Positions 11,705 to 24,753 are shown, counted from the stretch's first letter. The stretch is DNA of 64,000 nucleotides from Hormiphora californensis (GCA_020137815.1 CM035362.1:1-64000), one strand, 5' to 3'. Notes: generated by a model from the letters alone, not told the origin. Numbers and translations: made by a program.

Positions 11705-14692
11705 ATGGGAGGAGCATTTCACCAGCCGCAGGGGGGAACACTCGGTGGAAACTCCCTTTCATCGAGGCTGTTTTGCTCAACAACCCAAACTCCCCGACAG
11801 TTGCCCTTGCAATAACTGAGTCATGGCTGAAAAACTACATTGCAGACGCCCAAATCAAAATGCAGGGATACAGCACCTTCCGTTCTGACCGCCCTGACCG
11901 GAAAGGAGGAGGTTGTGTTTTGTACATTCGTGAGGACATCCCGGTCAGCTATGCATACTCATTCAGTGACCGAGAATGCAGTCTGGTATTGGCTTTTAGT
12001 AAAGCTAAAAACATGTTGTTTTCCTGTGTTTACCGTCCCCCTGATTCATCTGACCAGTCCTTCATCACAGTTATGAGTGATCTCCAAGATAAAATCGATC
12101 TCCTGTCCAATGAAAGGAGTCCTGAAATGTTTATCATGGGCGATCTAAACTTGCCATTGTTCAACTGGAAAGAGGAATCCCTACCGACAGCTGCTGCCAA
12201 CATAGCAGCCTATCAACGAACCGTGAGCTTCATCGAGGAAAATTTCCTTACTCAGGTCGTAGACAAACCAACCAGAGGCAATAATACTCTGGATGTTATA
12301 ATGACCAACTCACCACAATACGTATCAACCGTGACAACTGAAGAGACAAAGATCTCTGACCACAGAATAGTTGACTGTACCCTGGTGATAAACTCCCTAA
12401 TGGAGACATTAGATACCATCAAAAAGTGGGACCACATGAGTTTTCGAGGGTTGGACATTCAAAAAGCCAATTTTGAAGAAATGAATGTGGACATTACTTC
12501 TGTTGATTGGGACGAACTGCAGACATTATGTGAAGAGTCTGGAGACCCTATTGGTGAAAAATTCAAAGAACTTTTCATTCTAACCGTTTTGCAAATCGCC
12601 ATCAAACACACCCCTCAGAAGATTCAGCGGAGGAAAATCAGCCCCTTGGAACCACTGAGAAGGAGAAGGCGGAAGTTAAAAGCAAGACTTGGAGCAATTT
12701 CTTCTTTAAATGTCGGCATCTCAAAAATGGACGAACTCGAAAACGAGATCACAGTACTCGAAGAGAAGATAAAACACGCTGTAGAAGAATCGATCGAAAA
12801 GAAAGAACACAGCGCCATCAAGACGATCAAGGGGAACCCACGATATTTCTTTTCTTATGCTAAACGACTTTCAAAAGCTAAATCGAACATCGCCCCCCTC
12901 AAACGTGATGACGGAACACTCACCACAGATAACACTGAAAAAGCGGAACTCTTGCAAAAACAGTACTGCCGTGCTTTCAGTGATCCAGATGGTGGAGACT
13001 TGCTGAAAAGTCTATCTTGGGTTGAGGATAGCAATGCGATTCTAGAGGATTTCATATTTACGTCAGCGGATATCAAAGATGCCCTATCAGAACTTGACCC
13101 TTCCTCTGCCGGACCAGATGGTGATATCCCTGCTAAAATTCTCAGTGCTTGTAAAAACACTCTTGCTGTTCCACTCTTTCTTCTTTGGGAGCGGTCTTTC
13201 GAAGAAGGAATAACACCCCCTAACCTGAAAAAACAGTACATCACGCCAATCTTCAAACGTGGTGATAAAACTCTTGCTGTTAACTACCGCCCTGTCTCGT
13301 TGACTTCTAACTTGCTAAAAACATTTGAGCGAGTTGTACGAAACAAGTTGGTGGAACACCTGGAAAGTAACAACCTCATACCAGATAGCCAACATGGATT
13401 CAGGAAGCAACGGAGCTGCCTCACACAGCTACTCGATCACATGGATGGAATTTTTCGAGAGCTAAACAGCGGGAACGAAGTAGATGTTATTTATTTGGAC
13501 TATTCAAAAGCCTTCGACCGTGTCAACCATACCATTCTCATCGCCAAGCTAGAAAAGCTAGGCATTAGAGGGAAAGTACTAAGGTGGATAAAAGACTTCC
13601 TTACTGGTCGGTACCAAACAGTTACTGTCGACGGTGAAAAATCGAACTTTGAGCTAGTTAAAAGCGGGGGTCCCTCAAGGGACTGTACTTGGACCAATCC
13701 TTTTTATCATCTACGTAGCCGATCTCCAAAGCCAAGTGATACACAGTAAAATCAGAACCTTTGCGGATGATACAAAACTCCAAAAGAGCGTCAACTCGGA
13801 AACATCAGGGGCAGAAATGCAAGAGGATCTTCAGCGGGTGGTGGAATGGTCTGCAGCCAATTGTATGACACTCCACGAGGACAAGTTTGAAGTCATTCAC
13901 TACACCCTGAATAAAACATTCCTTCTACGGGAACTGCCTTTCACTCATGAGTTCAGCTCTTACAAGACACCAGCCGGCAACGAAATACAACCAGCGGATA
14001 CTGTGAAAGACCTTGGCATCATTCTCTCAAACAGTGGCTCTTGGACAGACCATGTCATGAGGATTTCTTCAGAAGCACGAAGGATGGCTGCCTGGGCACT
14101 GAGAGCGTTTAAGGACAGATCAGTCACCACTATGCTGACACTCTACAAGTCACTTATAAGGTGCAAAGTAGAATACTGTTCTCCCCTCTGGTCCCCCTAC
14201 AAGATTGGGGACATTCAAGCTCTGGAAAGTATCCAGAGACAGTTCACCAGAAGGATCGAAAACATGGCACAGTTTGACTATTGGGAAAGGCTAAAAATGT
14301 TAAGACTTATGTCATTGCAACGTCGCAGGGAGCGATATACGATAATACAAATGTGGAAAATCTATAATGGTGCAGCACCAAACAGCACAAATACCCGGTT
14401 TTACCATCATCAACGGCTCGGCATCCGAGCTGAGGTACCTACCCTATACAGTGGAGCACAGAAGTCATTCTCAACAAAATACTTCCACTCCTTTACTGTG
14501 AGGGCCGCTCGGTTATGGAACACATTACCGAAAGAGGTTAATACAGCAGTGACCTTAGACACGTTCAAGATCCTGCTGGGCCGTTGGCTGGACCACTTCC
14601 CTGACAATCCACCTGTGAAGGGTTATTCTACCCGGAACAACAATTCTATCATGGACTGGGTTTTGGAGGTTCGAGCAAAAGGGGGATGCTGA
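11640..14692 (+). pseudogene. LINE A ORF2 (APE endonuclease plus reverse transcriptase) with one +1 frameshift
   Basis: ITESWL, VYRPP, MGDLN, SDH; GPDG, NYRPVSLTS, QHGFR, YLDYSKAFD, SGVPQG (extra G near 13670), FADDTK, DLGI, YCSPLWSP, SLQRRRER. Confidence 0.9.
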
Positions 14693-14810
14693 AAGACTGA
14701 CACCGTTTACGATTCTGTAATGAAGTTTATTTATCAAGTTTATCAAGTTTATCAAACAAATTAATTTGTGGTCCCTCAATCCCCGAGGTTCCTCAAATCC
14801 CCCTGTAGAC

Positions 14811-16265
14811 ATGACTCAAAGCCAAGTGTCTACGAAGACCAAGTCAAATACTACCGATAATGACACCATCGACGAGCTAGACATCGATAGTCAGCAAATT
14901 CCTGAGACCAAGACCAAGACTGAGAAGTCAAAGGAACCGCTGCCCAAGAAAGAGATGAGCGAACGAGTAACTGAGGTGATCACCAACCTGGTAACGTTAT
15001 CGGCAGAAACCCACCCCCTTGCCCCAAAAGTATTCCAGGCATTCAAATTCGGTGAAAGCACTCCTTCCAATCTCAACCGCCTAGATAAACCCCATACAAC
15101 CTACAAAGAGGTTATTGCCGCCGGAATTTTCCTTGGACTGGTACAGGACCCCCCTCCCCTAGGCCCCAACGGCAAACCAGTTAAGCAATACAAGAACAGG
15201 CAAACACTAACACATAGGGTTATAAGGAAGATTGAGAGCCTCATGCCAACCCGTTGCGGTGATTGTTGTTCCACCTACCAACCTGTGCTGACTGATACAC
15301 CCATATTCTCATGCTGGTCATGTTACAGGCCCTCTCATGATTGTGCAGTTATAAAAGAGTTGAGTGAAGCAGTTGGAAAAATTGGAGGAACTGTTGGCTT
15401 CAAGTGGATGTGCCCTGAGTGTGCGGACAGGACCAGCCTGTCGCTAAAGAAGAAGCTATCTCTGTTTGATATTGGAGCAGAGCAACCCAATGATAGTGCC
15501 CAAGAGAACGAGGAGGAAGAACCACCTCTACCACTATCACAGCTTACTACATTCTATCAATCCCAGCAGGATCTTACCCAAAAGGAGACAGACACCAAGA
15601 AACCCGAATTCCAGGCTGTTTCCAGACCCTGCAGTTTTGCCCGTAAAGGACTTTGTCGACATGGCCCAGATGGGACTATAGAAATTGATGGTAAGATCTG
15701 TCGCTACTCACATGCGACTACAAAAGACACTGCGAAACCCCCAGCACCCAAAACTGAAGATGGTGTAATGGACTGTCAGAACTTCGTCCAATATGGTAGA
15801 TGTGAACACGGCATCAATGGGAAAATACGAAGAGGTGGTAAAACTTGTCCCGGTAGACATCCCAAAATATGCAAAAAGCTGAGAAAGGGAGCTTACGGTA
15901 AAAATGGGTGTCTGAAAGGAGCCGATTGTAAGTACCTACACCCTAAACTTTGCAGAGGATCAATCTCCAATGAGAAAGTCTGCCCGAACCCCTCAACTTG
16001 CAAATTCTTTCACACTACCGGAACCTGGACTGGATCACAACCCCTTACCTCAGGAGATCAATCGATAAACAGAGCCAAGGGAAACCCACCAGACACCCCT
16101 GTTCCCCGCCCACAGTACAACGAAGCTGTGAAAAAAACCCAAATCCCCCATGTCCCGGAACCCACTGAGACACCGGATTTTCTAAACTCCCTGATAAAGG
16201 AGATGAGGGACGGGTTCCTCTATCAGGGCCAACAGATACAGCAGCTGATGAGGGCTCTCGTCTAG
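14811..16265 (+). CDS. LINE B ORF1: PHD-like finger plus tandem CCCH fingers
   Basis: CGDC...CWSC....HDC...WMCPEC PHD-like pattern, then several C-x-C-x-C-x3-H units; first ATG at 14811. Confidence 0.75.
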   Translation: MTQSQVSTKTKSNTTDNDTIDELDIDSQQIPETKTKTEKSKEPLPKKEMSERVTEVITNLVTLSAETHPLAPKVFQAFKFGESTPSNLNRLDKPHTTYKEVIAAGIFLGLVQDPPPLGPNGKPVKQYKNRQTLTHRVIRKIESLMPTRCGDCCSTYQPVLTDTPIFSCWSCYRPSHDCAVIKELSEAVGKIGGTVGFKWMCPECADRTSLSLKKKLSLFDIGAEQPNDSAQENEEEEPPLPLSQLTTFYQSQQDLTQKETDTKKPEFQAVSRPCSFARKGLCRHGPDGTIEIDGKICRYSHATTKDTAKPPAPKTEDGVMDCQNFVQYGRCEHGINGKIRRGGKTCPGRHPKICKKLRKGAYGKNGCLKGADCKYLHPKLCRGSISNEKVCPNPSTCKFFHTTGTWTGSQPLTSGDQSINRAKGNPPDTPVPRPQYNEAVKKTQIPHVPEPTETPDFLNSLIKEMRDGFLYQGQQIQQLMRALV

Positions 16266-17639
16266 AGAGAAACAAGCTCCCCATTGAAACCACTCAACCT
16301 AGACCACTCTGGGATAATGCCGGACTACATGATGCCAGCAGAAAGAATGGGAGAACTACCGCCAATCCATCCCCTCAATCACCGCTCTCAAAGATCATTC
16401 TACTAAACTGCAGGTCCATCTCTCCTGCAGCTGGTGGGGAGACGAAGTGGAAGCTACCATACATCCACGAATTACTCATGTCTCCACGCCTAGATGAACC
16501 CCCTGTGATAGCAGTTGGTATAACTGAAACATGGCTCAAAAGCTATATAATATCTGACGCCCAAGTAACAGTACCAGGATACGTAACATTTCGAGCAGAC
16601 AGAGAGCTTAAACCTGCTCTTTGCCTGTCTATACCGACCTCCAGATGCAGATGTAAAATCTTACGGAGAAGCTCTCACAAAACTCCAAAAAGAAATTAAT
16701 TCAATCACAGAGGAAAACAAGGGGAAAACACCTGAAGTTGTGATTATTGGAGATTTTAATCTCCCTAATATGGATTGGGGTACTATGGCACCTACAATAG
16801 GTGGTGGAAGAGACACTGGCCCATACCATCAAACTCTCGAGCTAATTAACGAGAACTTCATATCACAACTTGTTACAACTCCAACAAGAGGAGAAAACAT
16901 CCTTGACTTAGTGTTCACCAATACCCCTGAATATTTCACTAATGTGACAACGGCAGATAGTAAAATCTCTGATCATCGTATAGTAGAGTGTGTAATGGCA
17001 TACAACCCCCTGAACAATACTGCGAATGATAAAGTTGAAAACGACCCATTCAGGGATGTAAAGATTCACAACGTTGATTACCTTCCAATGAAAACCAAGC
17101 TGAGTGATGTAGACTGGGACGGGCTACTAAAACTATGCAAGAAAGAGGATTACCACGATCTGGAGCAGTTCAGGACCTATATTACCCAAGTAGTCCTTGA
17201 AATTGCACAGGAAACCCTGCCCAAGAAAGTTGAACGTAACCGCGGAAATTCCTCCAAAAACAGGATATCTGAACCTTTCAAAAGATCAGGCAGGAAGATT
17301 AAGAAGAAAATGAAACAGGAAGATCTCGACCCACTTGAAAGGCTGGCTCTCTTTGATAAACTTGAGACCCTCGATGAATCAATAAAAGAAAAAAATTCTA
17401 GAGAACCTAGACAAGGAGGAGGTGAATGCAGTTGAAACGATAAAAACAAACCCTCGCTTCTTCTTCACCTATGCAAAGAGAAAGTCTAAGACATCTTCTA
17501 CAATTGCCCCACTTAGAAGAAAAGATGGGAGCTTGACCACTGACAGTGCTGAAAAAGCACAGCTATTACAAAACCAGTATGTTGGAGTCTTTAGCAACCC
17601 TGATGATATAGACGTGGAGAGGAGCCTGACCTGGATTAA

Positions 17640-18116
17640 AGTGAGAGTGGACCGGATCAGAATTGGACAAGTTTGTTGTAGGTAATAGAGATTAGCTTTC
17701 TGAGCATTTTGCGTTTTTGCCGCTCAAAATCGACCCACCCATCACTGAGATATTTTTGTTATGTTGGGAGAATTCTTGCTGGATCAATATTTAACAAACA
17801 GGATAGAAACAATCCTTGTGTTTTACTAACACATTCTTTAAATTTTTAATACGGTGGCTTGCATTGCCCTGCTTCTGTGCATGGACATGTCAACCTCACT
17901 GCTTATATTCAGAACGTGTTAGTAAAACACCACGATTGTTTCTGTTCTGTTTTATACATACTGGAGTTTTATACATACAGGAGTTCTCCCAACATAACAA
18001 AAATATCTCAGTGATGGGTGGGTCGATTTTGAGCGGCAAAAACGCAAAATTCTCAGAAAGCTAATCTCTACTACCTACAACAAACTTGTCCGGTTCTGAT
18101 TCGGTCCACTCTCACT
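17640..18116. mobile_element. TTAA-targeting palindromic MITE (Kolobok-like)
   Basis: TTAA|AGTGAGAGTGGACC...GGTCCACTCTCACT|TTAA; removal restores the LINE frame WIKSEP; family copies at ~47544-48017 and ~54655-54770. Confidence 0.85.
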
Positions 18117-19544
18117 TTAAGTCAGAACCCTACCTGGTCACTGAAAACTTTGACTTTACGCCAGAGGATATCCAGGCTGCCCTAAAGGAAATTGATCCGT
18201 ATGGAGCAGTACCGGACGGTGACATCCCGGCCAGAATCCTTCACGATTGCGGAGCGCAGCTCTGCTACCCTCTTTGGCTCTTATGGAGTAAATCGATAGA
18301 GGAAGAATGCATCCCAGAGTCTTTGAAAAATCAGCAGGTTGTCCCAATTTTCAAAAAGGGCGATTAAACAAACCCAGCCAACTACCGTCCTGTCTCCCTC
18401 ACCTCAAATTTAATAAAGACTTTTGAGCGTGTCATGAAAAAACACTTAGTGCACCATTTTGAGGAAAACAACCTATTTCCTGAGTCACAACACGGGTTCC
18501 GAAAGCAACGCAGTTGTCTTACCCAGTTGATTGAACATGTCGACATAATCCTGAAAGAACTACGGGATGGAAATGAAGTCGACGTGATATATGTCGACTA
18601 TGCGAAAGCGTTCGACAAGGTGGATGTTAAACTCTTACTTGCCAAACTTGAACTCTATGGTGTCCGGGGAAAAGTTCTCAGTTGGATCAGATGCTTTTTG
18701 ACAGATAGATACCAAACTGTTACCGTGGACGGAAAAAAACTCATGAAAAGGTTCTGAGTGGAGTCCCACAGGGTACCGTGTTGGGACCCATTCTATTTAT
18801 CATATATATGGCAGACCTAAACTTTGCCGTTAAAAACTCAACGACCAAGACTCTGGCTGATGATACGAAGCTTATCAAAGGAATTGAAGGTGAAACATCA
18901 CAAACCCAACTTCAAGAGGACTTAGATGGACTTGGAAGGTGGTACAAGGCAAACAATATGAAGCTGAATGATGACAAGTTTGAAGTTCTACAATACTCCC
19001 TCAATAAAACCCTGCTCCTAAAACAGTTGCCATTCTCCCAGGAACTCCAGACATACTACACGCCAAAGGGTCTTACAATTGAACCCAAACCCTCCTCTCC
19101 CTTCAACGCCGCCGGGAGCGCTATACCATCGTCATGATGTGGAAAATGGCCAATGAGAAAGCCCCCAACAATATTGGCATTCGCTTTTACAACCAAACCC
19201 GACTTGGAAAGAAGGCAGAGATCCCTACATGCCCCACAAACACCCAGAAATCGGTCCAGACGAAGCACCACAACTCGTTTTCAAGTAGAGCGACCCGGTT
19301 ATGGAATACCCTTCCCAGCGAAGTGAACTCAGCGGAAGATTTGGATTCATTCAAGATACTTCTGGGGAAATGGCTGAAGAGATTCCCGGATCGTCCCCCG
19401 GTACTCGGATACCAAAAACAGAACAACAATTCAATATTGGACTGGATACGGAATGTTTCCAGGGAGGGGGAGGCTCTGTAAGGAACTGACACCGGTGTAG
19501 GATCTACACAAAGACAATAACAAGATAACAAGATAACAAGGATA

Positions 19545-20295
19545 GTCTAACCTCGGGGTAATGATTTCGGGGTAATGATTTCCGATGATCTCTCCTGGGA
19601 AAAACAGGTGGGGAAAATGTCGGAGGAAGCAAGAAAAATGAGTGCTTGGGCATTGCGTGCATTTAAAACTCGTGACAGAAAAACAATGCTCATCCTATAC
19701 AAAACACTCATACGGAGCAAACTCGAGTACTGCTGTGCACTATGGGACTCTCCAATTCAAGCTCTTGAAAATGTACAGAGAAAATTCATCAGAAAAGTTC
19801 AGGGATTAAAGGAGCTAACCTACTGGGAGCGGTTGGAAAAGCTGCATCTTCAATCACTACAGCGTCGTCGTGAACGCTATTCCATAATTCTCATGTGGAA
19901 AATGGCTAATGATGAAGCCCCTAACAACATAGGGATCCGATTTTACTCTTCCGATCGTCTCGGAATCAGGCGGAGGTTCCTACCTCACCCACGAGTACGC
20001 AAACGTCGATAGCAACAAAAAATACAACTCATTTGCTGGCCGGGCAACAAGGCTATGGAACACCCTGCCGAAAACGGTGAATTCGGCAAAAAGGCTAGAG
20101 AGTTTCAAAGTTCTTCTAGGGGAGTGGATGAAACGTTTTCCAGATAGACCACCAGTCTCCGGATACAGCCGTCAAAACAATAATTCAATTCTGGAGTGGG
20201 CCCGTGGGACTGCTTGTGTGGGGGATGTTCGATTGGACTGACACCATTATATGTTGATATATGAAGTTTATTACCAAGTTACAAAGTTACAAACA
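19545..20295 (+). mobile_element. CR1-like LINE copy C, 3' fragment
   Basis: LGVMISDDLSW...LEYCCALW...SLQRRRERY...RLWNTLP...RFPDRPP; tail (AAGTTACA)n. Confidence 0.85.
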
Positions 20296-21170
20296 ACGAA
20301 ATTCATCCTTAAAGGACTAAAATCAGGGGACACGATGACTGCTAAACTCTACCAAATTGAGCCTAGTCACCACTTCTACCATCACACCGATTGTCAAGAG
20401 GTACCTCGAGTTGGCAGATTGTGAACAGGATGGAGACCTTGGGAGGGAGACAGGAAGACGGTCCTTTGTAAGGCAGTGCGATCTCATGACGTATGATTCA
20501 GACAGATTTCACTACTCCAAAGAAGATACGGATGCATACTTCTCCAAGATATGGGACGACTACGTTCGAGCATCCCTTCCGGACATATAAGAGGGCAAAC
20601 AACTGGATTGATTGAAGACTTGGAAAAATATGTGGACACGGGCGCCGTTGCTGCTTGCCCACTTGTTACAAGATCAATGAACAGAGAAACTTCAACGAGG
20701 ATCCTTGCAAGGGCGGTGCGTGGCTTTCAGCCGCTCTGGCCACTATGCGGCTGAACTCTCGTGTTCCGTCGAAATACCCAATGCGGACGGTCCGCATTGG
20801 CTATTTTGACGTAGTGCACAGATACACCTGTGTGGTGCGCAGATTACACTAAAAATCCCATTTAAAACATCAAATTTTGAGAAAAATTTGCCCTTTTTCT
20901 TGAATTTTTTCTTTTTCTCTCCATAATCCGAAGTAAAAATGCGGACGCGTCCGCATCGTCCGCATGGCAGAGCCGCCCCTGGATCCTTGATTTCATACAC
21001 GGACACAATTTAAGGTTCCAGAACTTTGCATTTTCCGTCCAGGGTCGTGGCCAGGCGAATGAAGAACCCTACTGCTTGGAATGTGGTGAGCAGTTGGACT
21101 CTCCATACCATAAACTATTCCAGTGTACGGCGGCTGGTGCAGTGACAGCTCTTAAGGACCACTGACCAGT
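20296..21170 (+). mobile_element. Decayed 3' end of another non-LTR retrotransposon (C-terminal CCHC domain)
   Basis: After removing the 20708-20981 insert the frame reads STRILDFIHGHNLRFQNFAF...PYCLECGEQLDSPYHKLFQC. Confidence 0.6.
20708..20981. mobile_element. hAT-type MITE
   Basis: Ends CAAGGGCGG / CCGCCCCTG; exact 8-bp TSD GATCCTTG at 20700-20707 and 20982-20989. Confidence 0.8.
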
Positions 21171-21504
21171 GTCTACCCCTTTCGGTCTACAATGCCAATT
21201 TTCACATACCTTTGATCTTCACTAGAGATAGAAACCTTAAAGGTTGACAAGATACCTAAAACTTTTCGTATATCGTCTTATTAATTTTCAGCATTTTTTC
21301 AGAATTTTTTGTCGGCTAGAAATATGTGCAAAATAGGGGGTCTACTGATAAACGAGAGGCGCAATTTGAAAATTCATACCGTAATATCTCCGGTTCCTGA
21401 TGAGATACAGAAACCGTTTTGGTAGCGTTGGAAAGGTCTTATTGAGACCAATCCAACGCAACCAAGATCAAGTAGCTATCTTTTGAGGAACCGGAAACGT
21501 GGAT

Positions 21505-21604
21505 NNNNNNNNNNNNNNNNNNNNNNNNNNNNNNNNNNNNNNNNNNNNNNNNNNNNNNNNNNNNNNNNNNNNNNNNNNNNNNNNNNNNNNNNNNNNNNNN
21601 NNNN
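21505..21604. other. Assembly gap (100 N)
   Basis: Run of N. Confidence 1.
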
Positions 21605-23440
21605 ACCTGGGTAGTGTTTGTGCACAGTGGGCTGACCCACCTGGGCGCGGCACCATTCCCCAACAGCTTACGGACCAGGTCCTGCGGTGCCCATCACCTT
21701 CAATTCACTTCAGTCCCGATGAATATCCACTCGCTGACCGAAATCAACACTCTCATCTCCCAATATCCCTAACTACGGACTGTGAACCCTTAAACAATTA
21801 CGCCTCCGCGTTCACTTCCTTGCTCTCACCTCCAGTTGTCGAGGGCACTCGACTGTAATCCTTTGCTCGTGTCACAGGATACTGGAGGGGTTGCCACCCG
21901 GTCTGGATTGATTACCCAGGCACCCGTCCCTAAATAAAGACTCCTGGGGCTTGGGGAAAGCAGGAGGCACTGCACCAGGGCGACTGTGGTAACAGTATTG
22001 TATATGAGGCATAAACTCTGGCCACTGGCACGTTATTTCAGATACCTTTCTCCCAGCGCGCCGCTGGGAGAAGGTAGCTGTAGTTTATCCGCCAGTGGCG
22101 GATAAACTGGTTTAAATCACGACGACGATCCTGAGGCGTAGCCGAGGGAGAGGCGGAGGGGTTTAAACCAATAACGTGCCATTGGTTAGAGTTTATGGGT
22201 TATATACCCTGCTTTAGTTGTTTGTTTCAAGTATTACACACTAACAAGAGAGAGAACACTAATCAAAACACACAAAGAGAACTGAGAAACAGTCAAAAAC
22301 ATCTCTCAATTGAGTGTATATTGTTTGGTAACAGTTACTAAGGAGAGAGAGAAAGAAATAACAAGATATGGGGCATGCCAGACATAACACAGAGGAATTG
22401 AGATAGTGAAACAAAAGGGGAGATAAAGAGAGAGAAATTGACGGAATGTGTTGTTTCTTTCTCTCCAATGCAGTGTGTAACTCTTCCAAACAGTGTTCCC
22501 GCTGTATTTCAGTTAACTGATCATTTACACACACTTTGAATGTAACATAGGAGTTAAAAATAAATAACCTGCCAGTGTGAAATAATCTGCCGCTGGACTG
22601 GCTGGTTATCGAGAGCGCGCTAGTGGGACTTCTCGCCACTGGCGCATTATTTAAGTTAGCAGGGTATATAACCCCATCACACTCTCCCCTGACGGATCCG
22701 CCGACGCCGGAACCGCCACCGACACCCTGGCTGCTGACCAAGGGCACCATCTGTTCTCATCAGAATACACAATGTCAAACATGAATGTAAATATTTATGA
22801 CCCAGTCCCGTGCGAACTGTGACAGTAGTTTCATGCTTGGAAGGCGTTCTACCACTTCATGACATGGCTGTAGGATGCACAAAGTGACTTCAAGTGAAAG
22901 TAGGAAGTGCCATCAGCAAGTAATTGCGCGCCACAATGTTTGTTAATCATTTCCTTTGTTGCATCAACGAAGCGTGAGATGAAAGTTTTATGAAGGAGCA
23001 GCACTTGTTACTATGCGTTGTCCGTGACGGACGGACATTTAGTTAACCCCCATAATCTGCTGATTTCTAAACCCTGAATGATCTTTTTAGCACGTGCGTG
23101 CTAAAAAGATCATTCCGGTTGAATGCCCGAAGGGCATTCACCCGGGCAGGGAAAAAATTTGAAGATGAGAGGATGCTTGTGAATGTGATTTTGGTTGAAT
23201 GGTATGATGTGAAGAGTTCATACACACTCAATGACTCCCTTTCTCAACACATATTGTCTCGATGGGTTCTCTGTTCTCAGTTTCTGTAAAGTCTCAAGAG
23301 ATCTACGTCTCTCTGCTCGCTCCTCAACCGTCCTATCAGGACCCAAAACACCTTGCTGAATAACTGCGACTTTTTCAAGTCCTTAGCTTTCCTCAGTAGC
23401 ACTAACAGACTATCACTGGTTGCTAGCTTGGCAATAATAA

Positions 23441-23548
23441 GAGATAGAGATAGAGATAGAGATAGAGATAGAGATAGAGATAGAGATAGAGATAGAGATA
23501 GAGATAGAGATAGAGATAGAGATAGAGATAGAGATAGAGATAGAGAGA
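23441..23548. repeat. (GATAGA)n microsatellite
   Basis: Visible directly. Confidence 0.95.
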
Positions 23549-23874
23549 TAGTGATGAAACCCGGAGAGGACAGGGCAGGGAAATTCAGCGTTATGTTAGA
23601 ACATTTAATGCAATTAACCTTGTTTTTTTCCGATATTTCACCGAAAAACAAGGGTTACAAAAGTCGTTTGTAATTCAAAGTGGCTCAGCGTATTGAACCC
23701 AGTGGATTCCCTTGGTAACTCCCATGTTAAACAAGGAGATGAAACTGGGGGGGGGGGGGTGGAGTTACCTCACAGTACGGCAAATTTTATCTTTGTTTCA
23801 GAATTCTTAGACAAAACAGTTGTTAGTTAGTCGTATTAATATTGTCGTGAAGTTAAGACCTCTCCCTCCCCCAG

Positions 23875-24064
23875 GCAATCCGGTTCACGTTACTCATTTA
23901 TCGTGTCAATCCACGGACAAGATTTTGACTTGGTGTTCCCGTCGTCCAACACAGTGGCAGCAGTTAAATCCTATATTGCATCCACCTACCACATCCCCAC
24001 CACGGAACAAAATTGGACAGGTTGGCCACCTGCTACCTCTGATTCACTGGAGCTGAGCGATCTG
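23875..24064 (+). CDS. FAF1: FAS-associated factor 1 exon (ubiquitin-like domain)
   Basis: cccccag| QSGSRYSFIVSIHGQDFDLVFPSSNTVAAVKSYIASTYHIPTTEQNWTGWPPATSDSLELSDL |gtgagt; resembles the second UBL of FAF1 (IPVRHQLWEGWP). Confidence 0.8.
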
Positions 24065-24102
24065 GTGAGTAGGTTGATACATGGTGCTCCTTCTCTTACC
24101 AG

Positions 24103-24579
<477 letters not shown>

Positions 24580-24635
24580 GTTGAAGTATCGATCTTACTT
24601 TGTCCTTTGATTCTACCAACCCTATCTCATACTAG

Positions 24636-24753
24636 GTGTTGGAGTCACCCGTTCACAGATTAAGGGTGACCAGGTCGGCACCTACTGTGCCGGTATCTGA
24701 TGATGACGAGTTCGCTGATGCGCTAGATAATGATGATCTAATGGAATTCGCTG
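24636..24753 (+). CDS. FAF1: FAF1 exon (end of UBL, acidic DDEFADA motif)
   Basis: actag| VLESPVHRLRVTRSAPTVPVSDDDEFADALDNDDLMEFA |gtaggt; compare FAF1 PCHRLTV and DDFEDA; phases 0 to 1 fit the neighbouring exons. Confidence 0.8.

Larger units (their letters stand above)
10880..14755 (+). mobile_element. CR1-like LINE copy A (5'-truncated ORF1, nearly intact ORF2)
   Basis: CCCH-finger ORF1 overlaps an APE-RT ORF2; 3' tail (TTTATCAAG)n. Confidence 0.9.
14756..19540 (+). mobile_element. CR1-like LINE copy B (ORF1 plus decayed ORF2)
   Basis: APE and RT motifs across 16380-19481 with stops, frameshifts and internal deletions; 3' tail (AACAAGAT)n. Confidence 0.9.

Noticed and set aside
8082-14812. 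Many 60-170-aa antisense or alternative-frame ORFs over the CRE and CR1 elements
   Set aside because: Shadow frames of long retroelement ORFs with no independent motifs.
21439-21858. ORFs spanning the N run
   Set aside because: Artefacts of the assembly gap.
23680-23810. Possible tRNA-like gene, with an inverted copy at ~36695-36810
   Set aside because: No cloverleaf could be built; it is an interspersed repeat fragment.
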